Virus record (IMG/VR): IMGVR_UViG_3300032294_002877
Coordinates: 32,001-96,000 of that record
Reading direction: 5' to 3' (one strand)
Length of the DNA stretch: 64,000 nucleotides
Source of the DNA: a virus
The translations under genes were made by a program, and so were the position numbers. The notes beneath the pieces are model-generated. The model searched no databases. It was not told where the DNA came from and worked only from the letters and a program-made list of their open reading frames with translations. Below, one piece after another: positions 35,362-44,701 of this stretch. Each line of letters starts with the position of its first letter. The first letter of the stretch is position 1.

Positions 35362-35659
35362 AGAATCAGTATTTATAGTTTTTTCTATATGTGTAATGGC
35401 ATTATTTTTTCTGGTAGGCTATACTCTAGGGAGAATGTCAGCAAACTATGGTGTATATGATGGTGATATTAAATCGTCAATAGTTGATAACAGTAAGAAA
35501 AAACAACAAAAGAACAATATAACAATTGACGACACTAAATATGTTGTTGATATTAAAACGGATGATATTGAGAAAAAGTATCATTCATTAGGAGATAAAA
35601 AAACATCAACAGACAACATCAGTAGTTCTGTAGATAAACTCAAAAACTTAAAGAGGTAA
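35354..35659 (+). CDS. single-pass membrane protein upstream of actin-like gene
   Basis: N-terminal TM helix, charged C-terminus. Confidence 0.65.
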   Translation: MIKESVFIVFSICVMALFFLVGYTLGRMSANYGVYDGDIKSSIVDNSKKKQQKNNITIDDTKYVVDIKTDDIEKKYHSLGDKKTSTDNISSSVDKLKNLKR

Positions 35660-35664
35660 TAATT

Positions 35665-36669
35665 ATGGCAGGAAAAGGTTGTGACGTAGGCACTAGTTTT
35701 ATTGTTTTAGCAAAAGAAACACCTAATGGAATCGAATACAAAGATTTCCGTGATGCTTTTTATGTTATCAAGCCTACGACCCCAGTTTCTGTCAAGATGA
35801 TCGAAAAAGGATTAACAGGCAAAGTTTTTATCAAAGATACTGATGGATCATTTGTTCTTTTGGGCAAAGACGCTATAGAAAAAGCAGTGGAAAGAAACGA
35901 TAATGCTAAAAGACCAATGAAAAAAGGCGTTGTTTCCGCACAAGAAAAAGACGCAAAAAGAATATTAGCGTTTATTCTAAAAGAAGTTGCTGGCACAGCA
36001 TCAGAACCAAATGAGAAACTTATTTTTTGCGTACCAGCACAACCAGTAGATGTTGAAGATGATGATTTTGATATAGGCTATCATGAAGATGTATTAAAGT
36101 CTATATTCCAAGAATGTGGATATGATGCTAGAAGTATCAATGAAGCGGAAGCAATCTGTTATGCGGAACTGGAGGCTGAGGACTATACTGGAATTTCTGT
36201 ATCGGCAGGATCTGGTATGCAGAATGTCTGCGTTATGCTTAATGGTGAACCAACCGTAAAATTCAGCACCACTAAATCTGGAGATTTTATCGACAGAATG
36301 GCCGCTGTTGCAACAGGAGAAAAGGATACTGTAGTTCAAGCGGAGAAAGAGGGTGGTGAATTTGTTATTGGTCAACCTAATGATAATCCAGTATTAGCTG
36401 CCGTATCTGCATATTATGAAAGATTAATTGACTATACAACAAAACAATTAGCAGCATCATTAACAAATCATAAGTCTTTACCAAAATTTAAGCAACCATT
36501 AAGGATTGTGGTAGCCGGAGGAACATCATTAGCCAAAGGTTATGTTGAAATGTTTCATAAAAAATTATTAGAGAATAACTTCCCCTTACCTATTAAAGAA
36601 GTTGTTCATGCCGCTGATCCTTTACATGCGGTAGCAAAAGGCTGTTTAATAGCAGCTAAGATATTGTGA
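35665..36669 (+). CDS. actin-like ATPase (MreB/MamK/FtsA superfamily)
   Basis: phosphate-1 DVGTS, connect-1 INEAEAI, phosphate-2 SAGSGMQN, adenosine VAGGTS, connect-2 AVAKGC. Confidence 0.88.
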   Translation: MAGKGCDVGTSFIVLAKETPNGIEYKDFRDAFYVIKPTTPVSVKMIEKGLTGKVFIKDTDGSFVLLGKDAIEKAVERNDNAKRPMKKGVVSAQEKDAKRILAFILKEVAGTASEPNEKLIFCVPAQPVDVEDDDFDIGYHEDVLKSIFQECGYDARSINEAEAICYAELEAEDYTGISVSAGSGMQNVCVMLNGEPTVKFSTTKSGDFIDRMAAVATGEKDTVVQAEKEGGEFVIGQPNDNPVLAAVSAYYERLIDYTTKQLAASLTNHKSLPKFKQPLRIVVAGGTSLAKGYVEMFHKKLLENNFPLPIKEVVHAADPLHAVAKGCLIAAKIL

Positions 36670-36980
36670 TGTTTGGCATATTTAAACTAAGATATGCCAC
36701 AAGATCGCCTAAATGGTCAAAAGTTAGAGAAAACCATCTGAAAGAAAATCCACGCTGTTGTGCGTGCGGTAAAAATAAGAAGCTAGAAGTTCATCATATA
36801 GTTCCTGTGCATATTGATTCTTCCAGGGAACTTGATCCTAGCAATCTAGTCACACTATGTGCAGATCCTTGTCATATAGTATTTGGCCATTTATTAGACT
36901 TTAAAAGTTGGAATATTGATGTTATAAAAGATTGTGAGGTGTATTATAATAGAGTAAAAAATAAACCCTTTAAAAAATAA
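36666..36980 (+). CDS. HNH endonuclease
   Basis: CCACG...LEVHHIVP...NLVTLC..CH. Confidence 0.88.
   Translation: MMFGIFKLRYATRSPKWSKVRENHLKENPRCCACGKNKKLEVHHIVPVHIDSSRELDPSNLVTLCADPCHIVFGHLLDFKSWNIDVIKDCEVYYNRVKNKPFKK
36938..36950 (+). promoter_or_regulatory. GGTGTAT-class putative promoter for protease pair
   Basis: GGTGTATTATAAT about 40 nt upstream of the 36992 start. Confidence 0.5.
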
Positions 36981-36991
36981 AAGGGATTTTG

Positions 36992-37750
36992 ATGAGATAC
37001 ATTTTAATTCTTATTATAACATTTTTTTGTTCTACTATATCAGCTGGAACAATTGATCCGTCAACTCCTCAACAAAAGTATCTTGAGTACGGAAAAAAAT
37101 TCAGATGCATAGCCAGACTGTGCGGTAAAGATCGTGCTGGAACAACGTATTGCGCATCTGCCGTCGCTATTAAACCAAACTGGTTCCTGACAGCGGCTCA
37201 TGTCGTTAAAGATATTGAAACGTGTCATATTACCATAGAAAACAGAGAGAAAATATGTGTAGATAAAATATATTGTCATAATAAATTTGATGATAATATT
37301 TTTGGATATAATGATATTGCTTTGGGATATGTAGCTCAAGGCTTAGATCTAGATTTTTATCCAGAATTATATACAGACAAGGATGAGACTGGTAAGATAT
37401 GTTCAATGTCTGGTTATGGTTTAACCGGTACGTTTCTAACTGGATCAAAAGATTCTGATTCTAATCGCAGAGCCGGGTCGAATATTATCGACGGGATACA
37501 AAAACAATTATTGATTTGCACACCATCTAAAAGTCACCAGAACTCTACAGAGCTAGAATTTCTTATTGCTAGTGGAGATAGTGGTGGCGGTTTATTTATT
37601 GATTCAAAATTAGCCGGAATTAATTCTTGCGTAATAGCCGCTGATCGTAAACCAGACTCATCATATACCGATGAGAGCGGACACACAAGAGTTAGTGAAC
37701 ATACTGAATGGATTAAATCTATTATAAATAGTAACTCAAATGAGAAATAA
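36992..37750 (+). CDS. secreted trypsin-like serine protease (S1)
   Basis: signal peptide; LTAAH, NDIAL, GDSGG triad. Confidence 0.93.
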   Translation: MRYILILIITFFCSTISAGTIDPSTPQQKYLEYGKKFRCIARLCGKDRAGTTYCASAVAIKPNWFLTAAHVVKDIETCHITIENREKICVDKIYCHNKFDDNIFGYNDIALGYVAQGLDLDFYPELYTDKDETGKICSMSGYGLTGTFLTGSKDSDSNRRAGSNIIDGIQKQLLICTPSKSHQNSTELEFLIASGDSGGGLFIDSKLAGINSCVIAADRKPDSSYTDESGHTRVSEHTEWIKSIINSNSNEK

Positions 37751-38675
37751 AGAATACAGCCTATTACCTTTTATTAGAGAAGATATTCACGGGTTATCCC
37801 CGGACGATGCTCAAATATTTGGTTGGGAAATAACAAAATTTGATATACCAAATTTATGGAAATATTCTACAGGCAAAAGTGTTAAGATAGCTGTGATAGA
37901 TACGGGATGCGATTTGGATCATCCAGATATTAAAAATAATATTATTCAAGGTAAGAACTTCATAGATAAAAATAAAGATCCGTATGACGATAATGGTCAT
38001 GGATCTCATTGTGCCGGAACAATTGCCGCGGAGAACAACGGGACGGGTATGGTTGGGGTCGCCCCTCAAGCAAAGATTATGCCTGTCAAAGTTTTGAATA
38101 GTGCTGGTCAGGGAGGTTTACAAAATATAGTCAATGGTATTATTTGGGCTGTTGATGCTGGGGCGGATATTCTTTCATTAAGTTTAGGTTCTACATCTCC
38201 AGCTATTCCTTTAGAAAATGCTATCAATTATGCTGCATCAAAAGGATGTATAGTATTTTGTGCTGCTGGAAATAATGGAGTAAATTCAGATATTACATAT
38301 CCAGCAAAATACGACCATACTATAGCCATAGGAGCCATAGACAAAAACCTAGAACGTACCCAGTTTACCTGTAGCGGTGAGACGCTTGATTTTCTAGCAC
38401 CAGGGCATGATATTTTAAGTTGTGTACCTGGAGGACATTACGCTTTAATGAGCGGAACCAGTATGAGTACTCCGTTTGCTGTAGGGTGTGCTGCTCTATT
38501 ATTAGACTATACTAGGCAAGTCAAATATTCAGCAATTAATGATATATTAAAAAATACAGAAGATTATATTAATATTTTTAGGAAGAAAAGCAAAAGCTTA
38601 AAAGATCCAAAATTTTCTGGACAGAAGAAGTACGAGGGGTATGGAATACTATACCCTTTTCTTGCTGGTAGATAG
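37740..38675 (+). CDS. subtilisin-like serine protease (S8)
   Basis: VIDTG, HGSH, AAGN, GTSMS. Confidence 0.95.
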   Translation: MRNKEYSLLPFIREDIHGLSPDDAQIFGWEITKFDIPNLWKYSTGKSVKIAVIDTGCDLDHPDIKNNIIQGKNFIDKNKDPYDDNGHGSHCAGTIAAENNGTGMVGVAPQAKIMPVKVLNSAGQGGLQNIVNGIIWAVDAGADILSLSLGSTSPAIPLENAINYAASKGCIVFCAAGNNGVNSDITYPAKYDHTIAIGAIDKNLERTQFTCSGETLDFLAPGHDILSCVPGGHYALMSGTSMSTPFAVGCAALLLDYTRQVKYSAINDILKNTEDYINIFRKKSKSLKDPKFSGQKKYEGYGILYPFLAGR

Positions 38676-39125
38676 TCAGGGCTTGTATACGTTATAAATA
38701 TTTTCTATTGCTTCTTTATCGTACTTACCGCTATATCTTAATCTGGCTTTTTCTTTCTTTTGCCATGCTTCTATATCTCTATAGTAGCTATTAATTTGGC
38801 GACCATTAAAGTAAGTTCTAATTTTTTTATTTTTATTATCCAGCTGCATAGAGTACGCTGTTTGATTATTAATATTTGCTTGAGATTCATTTAGTAAATA
38901 ATTACCTTGACTATTAATAAGTGCAGCTTCACCATTTAATAATCCTTGTTGTTGGGTTGATGCATAGTTATTATTGAATAAAATTCCTTGCAATGCCAGA
39001 TCGGCGGCCTGAAAATTATTTGGATATTGTGCCATAGAGATTTGACAATATAGTATAATTGCAATAGAAATAAAGTATTTTGTTAAGTGTTTCATTGAAA
39101 TCTCTTTTTTGTATGTGTCAACCAC
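38676..39125 (-). CDS. putative secreted Q/N-rich protein
   Basis: signal peptide; ALINSQGNYLLNESQANINNQ repeat-like helix. Confidence 0.65.
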   Translation of the reverse strand: MVDTYKKEISMKHLTKYFISIAIILYCQISMAQYPNNFQAADLALQGILFNNNYASTQQQGLLNGEAALINSQGNYLLNESQANINNQTAYSMQLDNKNKKIRTYFNGRQINSYYRDIEAWQKKEKARLRYSGKYDKEAIENIYNVYKP

Positions 39126-39166
39126 TCATAATAATAAACAGGCCAATTGAAAAAGCAACAAAAAAA

Positions 39167-39814
39167 TTATGCAAGTTTGATTAGAACTCCTAGTTCGTGG
39201 AAAATCTTAAACAATACGTATCTATCGCTATTAATATTTTGTTTGCTTATATAAGTTTCTACGGCTGCTTTTACACCAGGTAGATCTGGTCGTTCATAAT
39301 CATGAAATACAATACAGCCTCCCACAGATAGTCTTGGGTATACTAGAGATAAACTATCAAAAATACTATCATAGAAGTCTCCATCCAAAAAACCAAAAGA
39401 GATACTATCAGGGAGATCCTTGGGACCAATGTTGCTAAACCAACCTTTAGTAATAATTGGCGGAACCAAACCATTTTGTTCAAAATTAGCAATCAAAACA
39501 TCTTGTGTTGTCTTAAGTGTGCCAGATTTCCATCCTGTATTTTTTTCATAGTCACTCAATTCTGGGAGCCCCTCGAAAGAATCATAAACATATAATTTTT
39601 TATGAGATAATTTATTATCTAACATCATTCTGAGATATTTAGACGATTCCCCAACAAAACAACCAAACTCAACAACATCTCCTAGTATATTATTATTAAT
39701 AGTATTTTCTAATAACGATATGAGCATTCTAATTTGATCTTTAGATATGATACTTGCATCAATGCATTGATTAGGTCTTCGTAGTAAAAGATTAGCGGTT
39801 TGAAAGTTTATCAT
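39167..39814 (-). CDS. TylF/MycF-family O-methyltransferase
   Basis: GDVVEFGCFVG, YDSFEGLP, KGWF, LDGDFY, FHDY. Confidence 0.92.
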   Translation of the reverse strand: MINFQTANLLLRRPNQCIDASIISKDQIRMLISLLENTINNNILGDVVEFGCFVGESSKYLRMMLDNKLSHKKLYVYDSFEGLPELSDYEKNTGWKSGTLKTTQDVLIANFEQNGLVPPIITKGWFSNIGPKDLPDSISFGFLDGDFYDSIFDSLSLVYPRLSVGGCIVFHDYERPDLPGVKAAVETYISKQNINSDRYVLFKIFHELGVLIKLA

Positions 39815-39815
39815 A

Positions 39816-40448
39816 TTATTCCTTAATAAAAGATCCCCACGCAACAGAGACCATTTCTTCGTGCATGAAGGGTTTAAGATTATATTTGTCTATAGATAGT
39901 TGTATATCTGAGTCTTTGATTTCGTGCCAATTCCATACTTTGCCCTTCATTGTGGTATTAAAATATTCTGTTGTTGGAGCATAGTCATGTGTCATGATTA
40001 TATCGTCTTTTTTAAGGTATTGTGATAGTATATTGAACTCACAAACTTTGCACCCTCCATCACATAGAACTATCGCTCTGCCATCAAGACCAATAAAATC
40101 AGATACTGAACTATCTATAAGTCTAGTATATGATTCATTAAAAATATTTTGTACTTTTACATCTATAGTATCCGATACCATCTCTTTATACCAAGATCTC
40201 TCAGAAATATCGTAAGATAAAATTTTGGTATTCAGATTATAGTTTCTACAAGCATAATCCAGAAAATTTGTAAATCCACCTAGAGCTGTACCTATTTCTA
40301 AAATTCTATTAGGTTTAGTTGTATGTATAAAATCCCAAAAAATACCGTATGCATGATGAGATTGTTGTGCAGAGTGATTTCTCCATGCTGACAAACCATC
40401 ATTGTTTTCTAAGTCTATTTTTCTAGTAATGTCACTATTAATACTCAT
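39816..40448 (-). CDS. class I SAM methyltransferase (CmcI-like)
   Basis: ILEIGTALGG, SYDI, CDGG, THD. Confidence 0.75.
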   Translation of the reverse strand: MSINSDITRKIDLENNDGLSAWRNHSAQQSHHAYGIFWDFIHTTKPNRILEIGTALGGFTNFLDYACRNYNLNTKILSYDISERSWYKEMVSDTIDVKVQNIFNESYTRLIDSSVSDFIGLDGRAIVLCDGGCKVCEFNILSQYLKKDDIIMTHDYAPTTEYFNTTMKGKVWNWHEIKDSDIQLSIDKYNLKPFMHEEMVSVAWGSFIKE

Positions 40449-41152
40449 TAGAACCTCACATGTAGACGGCCTGATATATCATTAAATTCAAAACAGCTAG
40501 ATAATGATCTTAATTCTTGCCAAGAAAAAGTCATGCCAGCATCTATAACGCTCATGCCAATCTCGACGCCCTCAGCAAAAGTCCAAAGATTATTGTCTAT
40601 GCAAAATTGATTTCTATTTTTCCACGCTTCAACAAATACAGATAATTTATTGGTATTCTTAAGTATAAAAAATTGCTCATTACACACATGAGCGTTGTCA
40701 TATTTTGATGTTTCATTTAAATTATAGGGAATAATTTTATGTTTCCAAAAACATGACCACTCATCATTTTTTCCTGTTCCTATAAGATGAGGTCTTTCGA
40801 AATAAAAATCTAATGTATTGTTATCAAAAAACATATCTAGTTTGCTATAATTGTATCTTTCATGTATCCTCCAGTCAGCATCTGTATATATAATATACTC
40901 AAAATTATAATTTAGTGCTTTTTCTATAGCTTGGTATTTTAGATTATAGTTAAAGCCATTTCCAACTCTGGTAATAGTGTCGGCATCTACAGGAATTATA
41001 GTAGTATTACTAGGCACATCTAAATGAATAAGATCAGATATTATTATTCTGTGAACATCTATGTCTTTTGTTAGAAGCTCATGACTAAACTTCAAAGCGC
41101 GATCAAGATAATCTGTTCCTATCGCTAAAGTAGTATATATATATTTTTTCAT
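40448..41152 (-). CDS. GT-A glycosyltransferase-like protein
   Basis: FNYNLK, YTDAD (DxD), NEQF. Confidence 0.6.
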   Translation of the reverse strand: MKKYIYTTLAIGTDYLDRALKFSHELLTKDIDVHRIIISDLIHLDVPSNTTIIPVDADTITRVGNGFNYNLKYQAIEKALNYNFEYIIYTDADWRIHERYNYSKLDMFFDNNTLDFYFERPHLIGTGKNDEWSCFWKHKIIPYNLNETSKYDNAHVCNEQFFILKNTNKLSVFVEAWKNRNQFCIDNNLWTFAEGVEIGMSVIDAGMTFSWQELRSLSSCFEFNDISGRLHVRF

Positions 41153-41820
41153 AGATTTAAATCATTAAGAAAAGCTAGAGATTTTTGACATAACGGATTA
41201 TCATTTTCGTCTAGTTGTATACCTATAAAAAAAGATTTATTGTCCCTAGGAATATAATTACTAGAATTGTATTCACATCTATAAATATTAGGAGATATAT
41301 AATAATTATACACAAAGCTATTAAGCATCTCTTGGTCTTTACCCCAACCCGTATCGTTTTCAGATATAAACTTGATAAAAAACTCTTCAAAAACATTCCC
41401 AATGTTTCTCATGCCAATTAAACCCCCAGGAACCTGAGAGTGCCACGGATGGTCTCTGATAATAAAAAAGTTACTATCTGAATCTATCCAATTATCTATA
41501 TAAGTTTTTTCTCTGCTAGTCAGACGAGAATCGAGATCCCTTGCTATGCATGGAGTATTATTAAAAAAAGATAAATATCTCCAAAACATTCGGGCATTGA
41601 ATAATTTTTCTCCTAATCCAAATGAATCTGGATCAACAACCGAAACATTTCTATATGTTTTTAATTTTTTAATTGTCTCATAAGACGTTACTTTATCATT
41701 GGTATAAATGGTAACAGTCCAGTCAGGCATGATTTCGGATGCTATCTGTGCATTTTTATATGCTCCTACAACATATTTAGGATCATCTCCATAAAGACAA
41801 AAAGATATAGTTTTATTCAT
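41149..41820 (-). CDS. glycosyltransferase-like conserved protein
   Basis: ISFCLYG, MFWRY, RDLDSR, RDHPWH, DQEML. Confidence 0.6.
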   Translation of the reverse strand: MNKTISFCLYGDDPKYVVGAYKNAQIASEIMPDWTVTIYTNDKVTSYETIKKLKTYRNVSVVDPDSFGLGEKLFNARMFWRYLSFFNNTPCIARDLDSRLTSREKTYIDNWIDSDSNFFIIRDHPWHSQVPGGLIGMRNIGNVFEEFFIKFISENDTGWGKDQEMLNSFVYNYYISPNIYRCEYNSSNYIPRDNKSFFIGIQLDENDNPLCQKSLAFLNDLNL

Positions 41821-41821
41821 A

Positions 41822-42823
41822 TTATTTTTCTTCTATAATTTTTTCTAAAAAGTTTAACAGATATTCTTCATCGAAATATATTGGCAGTTTGTTATCTATA
41901 AAGAATGGTTCGCCAAGCATTTTTACCATTTTAGTTTTATCATTTATTAATTCGTCTAAATAAGAAAAAACATCCTCTAGACTTTGAAATTTATGACAAT
42001 TAACAAAACTGTCAGGATTGAATCCTTCATTTTCTATAAATCTATTGCCCCAGAAAATAGGAATCGTATTCGCAGCAAATGCGTGTATTATTTTTTCCTG
42101 AGTAAGATGATCAGTATCTGTATACTGAAAAGCAATATTAAAAAAACAGTCTTCAAAAAATTTAATTTTATCTCTATATACTAGTCCATCTATTTTCCCT
42201 ATATAGTTTGGATTTGAGTAATTATGATATTGACTCGTATTAAGAGTTTCTTCTGGTGAAACTGTATTTTTGAATGCTCCACTAGCTTTAATCCAGTATT
42301 TTTTTTCTATGATATCACAAAGTTTTTTTCTATCTTCATTAAAACTATTCTGGACTATACTACAAAAATATTTTTTGGTATAGAAAATTTGTCTTGCGTC
42401 TCTTTTTTGTGTTAACCAGCCGAATTTATTTTCAAACAATCCCCCTTCATTATGAAGAACGTATGCATCCAATACATACGTTGGAAATCTAAGATATCTG
42501 TCATGTTCTATGTGTTCATATCCAAGAACATAATTATTCTCTCCACGAGTCAAATGACTATGATATCCGGGATTAGCTTCTCCGCTAATGAATATCTTTT
42601 TTACATTACTGGAATAATCGCCTATTCCTCGTATCTTTTTTTTAGTAAAATAATCTATTTCATTTTCTATGTAAAATAAATTACTATATATAACTATATC
42701 AGGATTTTCGCTATCTATTACAACTTCGTATTTTAGATTCAAGATTTCAATAAAATAATTAATCCAAGAAAAATTTCCAACATTATGAAAATTAGATCTA
42801 GATATTTTAAGTAATTTCTTCAT
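41822..42823 (-). CDS. GT10 alpha-1,3-fucosyltransferase-like
   Basis: FISGEA, FCSIVQN, FNIAFQY...TQEKIIHAFAANTIPIFWG. Confidence 0.85.
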   Translation of the reverse strand: MKKLLKISRSNFHNVGNFSWINYFIEILNLKYEVVIDSENPDIVIYSNLFYIENEIDYFTKKKIRGIGDYSSNVKKIFISGEANPGYHSHLTRGENNYVLGYEHIEHDRYLRFPTYVLDAYVLHNEGGLFENKFGWLTQKRDARQIFYTKKYFCSIVQNSFNEDRKKLCDIIEKKYWIKASGAFKNTVSPEETLNTSQYHNYSNPNYIGKIDGLVYRDKIKFFEDCFFNIAFQYTDTDHLTQEKIIHAFAANTIPIFWGNRFIENEGFNPDSFVNCHKFQSLEDVFSYLDELINDKTKMVKMLGEPFFIDNKLPIYFDEEYLLNFLEKIIEEK

Positions 42824-42827
42824 TGGT

Positions 42828-43430
42828 CTATTGCTTTAGAAAAATCCCTGTAACCAAACCACTTTCAGACCAACGATTATCTTCGATACATTCTAATGTT
42901 TTAAAATTATTTTTTGTAAATATGTCTGCAAGATTTTGACTATTGAAATAATTTACATGAGCAGGATCATTGTAGCATTTTTCGTAAGGTACGCACACTA
43001 TAATATGTCCACCGCTCTTAAGACTGACATAAAATTTTTGTAAGATATAATCCAAATCTTCTGGATATATATGCTCTAACGTATGAAATGTATAGATTGT
43101 ATCAAAATAGTTATCAAAATTTTCATTCAAAAAATTGCCAGATAAAAATTTGACTTTATCTATTTTAAGTTTCTCTTTAGTTTCGATAGCTAGTGATATT
43201 GAATTCTCATTTATATCATAACCTATAACTGAATCAATTGAGCCAATTTCGCTAAGTAAAAAAGTGCAGGCGCCATGATTACAGCCAAAATCTAGGACAT
43301 GCCCTTTCGCTATGTCTGAATAATGTCTCATAATTTGGCCATTAGGATGATCTCTCCATTTATCTGGAATAGGATCTCTTGTTATGTACTGTTCTTTTTC
43401 TTTATATTTTATTATGTCTATATTCGTCAT
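42828..43430 (-). CDS. class I SAM methyltransferase
   Basis: VLDFGCNHG, GYDI, HTLEHI. Confidence 0.88.
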   Translation of the reverse strand: MTNIDIIKYKEKEQYITRDPIPDKWRDHPNGQIMRHYSDIAKGHVLDFGCNHGACTFLLSEIGSIDSVIGYDINENSISLAIETKEKLKIDKVKFLSGNFLNENFDNYFDTIYTFHTLEHIYPEDLDYILQKFYVSLKSGGHIIVCVPYEKCYNDPAHVNYFNSQNLADIFTKNNFKTLECIEDNRWSESGLVTGIFLKQ

Positions 43431-44701
43431 AGGTTTCCTGTTATCCTTTCACACCAACCTTTGCTCTTGCTGAAAGGCCAAACGACCCAATATTTTGGTT
43501 TAACGGCAGTTGGGAATTCTCTCCAAACTTTACAATAATTATCCGGATCATGTTTCATACTATTTATTTCGTTTATATCAGCATCTTTTCGATACAGAGT
43601 ATTATCATTCTCATCATGGAAAGCAACTACCCAAAATTCGTAATCATTTTCTGGAACTTGACTATACTGAATATCTATGCAGTGCTTAAAGATACTAGAA
43701 AAACTACTCATCCAATCTTCTTCGCTATTAAACACATAGGGGTTGGGTGGGTATTGTTTATCTAAAGTATATTGCTGAACAGCTCTTTTAGAAAAAAGAA
43801 TTCCAGCATATTTTTCATAATCTCTTAAAGATCTTTCGGTGCCAAATCCATATATTCCATCGTGGCCCTCTTGTTTTTCTCCATCCATTCCAAAAAGTTT
43901 TCTGTTAGTTAAGTGAGAGGTATTGTTTTTTTCTCCCCATTTAGGATCATCATCCCATTGTTTTGTTCGTCCTTTTCTTGTATATTCATGCCATATAAGA
44001 GCCTTATGAGGATGAAATAGATCATAGCCATAAGTAAATGCTCTGACCCCAACACTGATCTCCTCGCCATGGAAATAGTAATTAGGATTATGCTGGACTT
44101 CTTTGCTAAATTGTCCAAGAGTGAAACAGAAGTGAGCCGAATAAAATCTTGCCGGGACCGGAGAGTCTAATGATTCATGATTAGGTATAGTTTCCGGTAG
44201 AAAGAAAACAGCACCCTCTGGAATAAATCTATCAAAAACCATCCTCCAAGGTTCCCTCGCTCTGCCAGCCGGATCGTTGTTGGGATCAAAAGACGATACG
44301 TACCCTGTAAGTAGGGGTTTTTTGTACCCTTTGGTCTGTAAACTCTCTATCATCTCAATAAATTCAGTATCCCAATTTTTAGCAAATCTCATATGGGAAT
44401 CTATTTGCATAGTATATTTTTCATCTTTATATAATTGCTGAACTTGATGCCGAGCCCAACACACACCTTTAGATTCTTTATATGGGATATTTAATATTCT
44501 GAATCTGTTATCCTGTTCATATTTATCTAGATTATCAAATTTATCTTCAGGATGATATTGTCTTGCTATCCCAAAAACAAGATTTTCTGGATTAGAAGCA
44601 TTATTTAATGCATCTTCAATAGTCAGAACTAATTGAGGATCCCTATAAGAAGCTATTTGTATAAAAATAGTATCAGTTTTCTTTTCTTGCGTTTGATTCA
44701 T
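43427..44701 (-). CDS. GT60-like polypeptide N-acetylglucosaminyltransferase (Skp1 GlcNAcT family)
   Basis: IFIQIASYRDP, GVCWARH, QIDSHMRF...WD, FHGEE. Confidence 0.85.
   Translation of the reverse strand: MNQTQEKKTDTIFIQIASYRDPQLVLTIEDALNNASNPENLVFGIARQYHPEDKFDNLDKYEQDNRFRILNIPYKESKGVCWARHQVQQLYKDEKYTMQIDSHMRFAKNWDTEFIEMIESLQTKGYKKPLLTGYVSSFDPNNDPAGRAREPWRMVFDRFIPEGAVFFLPETIPNHESLDSPVPARFYSAHFCFTLGQFSKEVQHNPNYYFHGEEISVGVRAFTYGYDLFHPHKALIWHEYTRKGRTKQWDDDPKWGEKNNTSHLTNRKLFGMDGEKQEGHDGIYGFGTERSLRDYEKYAGILFSKRAVQQYTLDKQYPPNPYVFNSEEDWMSSFSSIFKHCIDIQYSQVPENDYEFWVVAFHDENDNTLYRKDADINEINSMKHDPDNYCKVWREFPTAVKPKYWVVWPFSKSKGWCERITGNL

Noticed and set aside
35665-36669. Nucleus-forming phage system (ChmA/PhuZ)
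   Set aside because: The protein is actin-fold, not tubulin, and no chimallin-like gene is recognisable in this window
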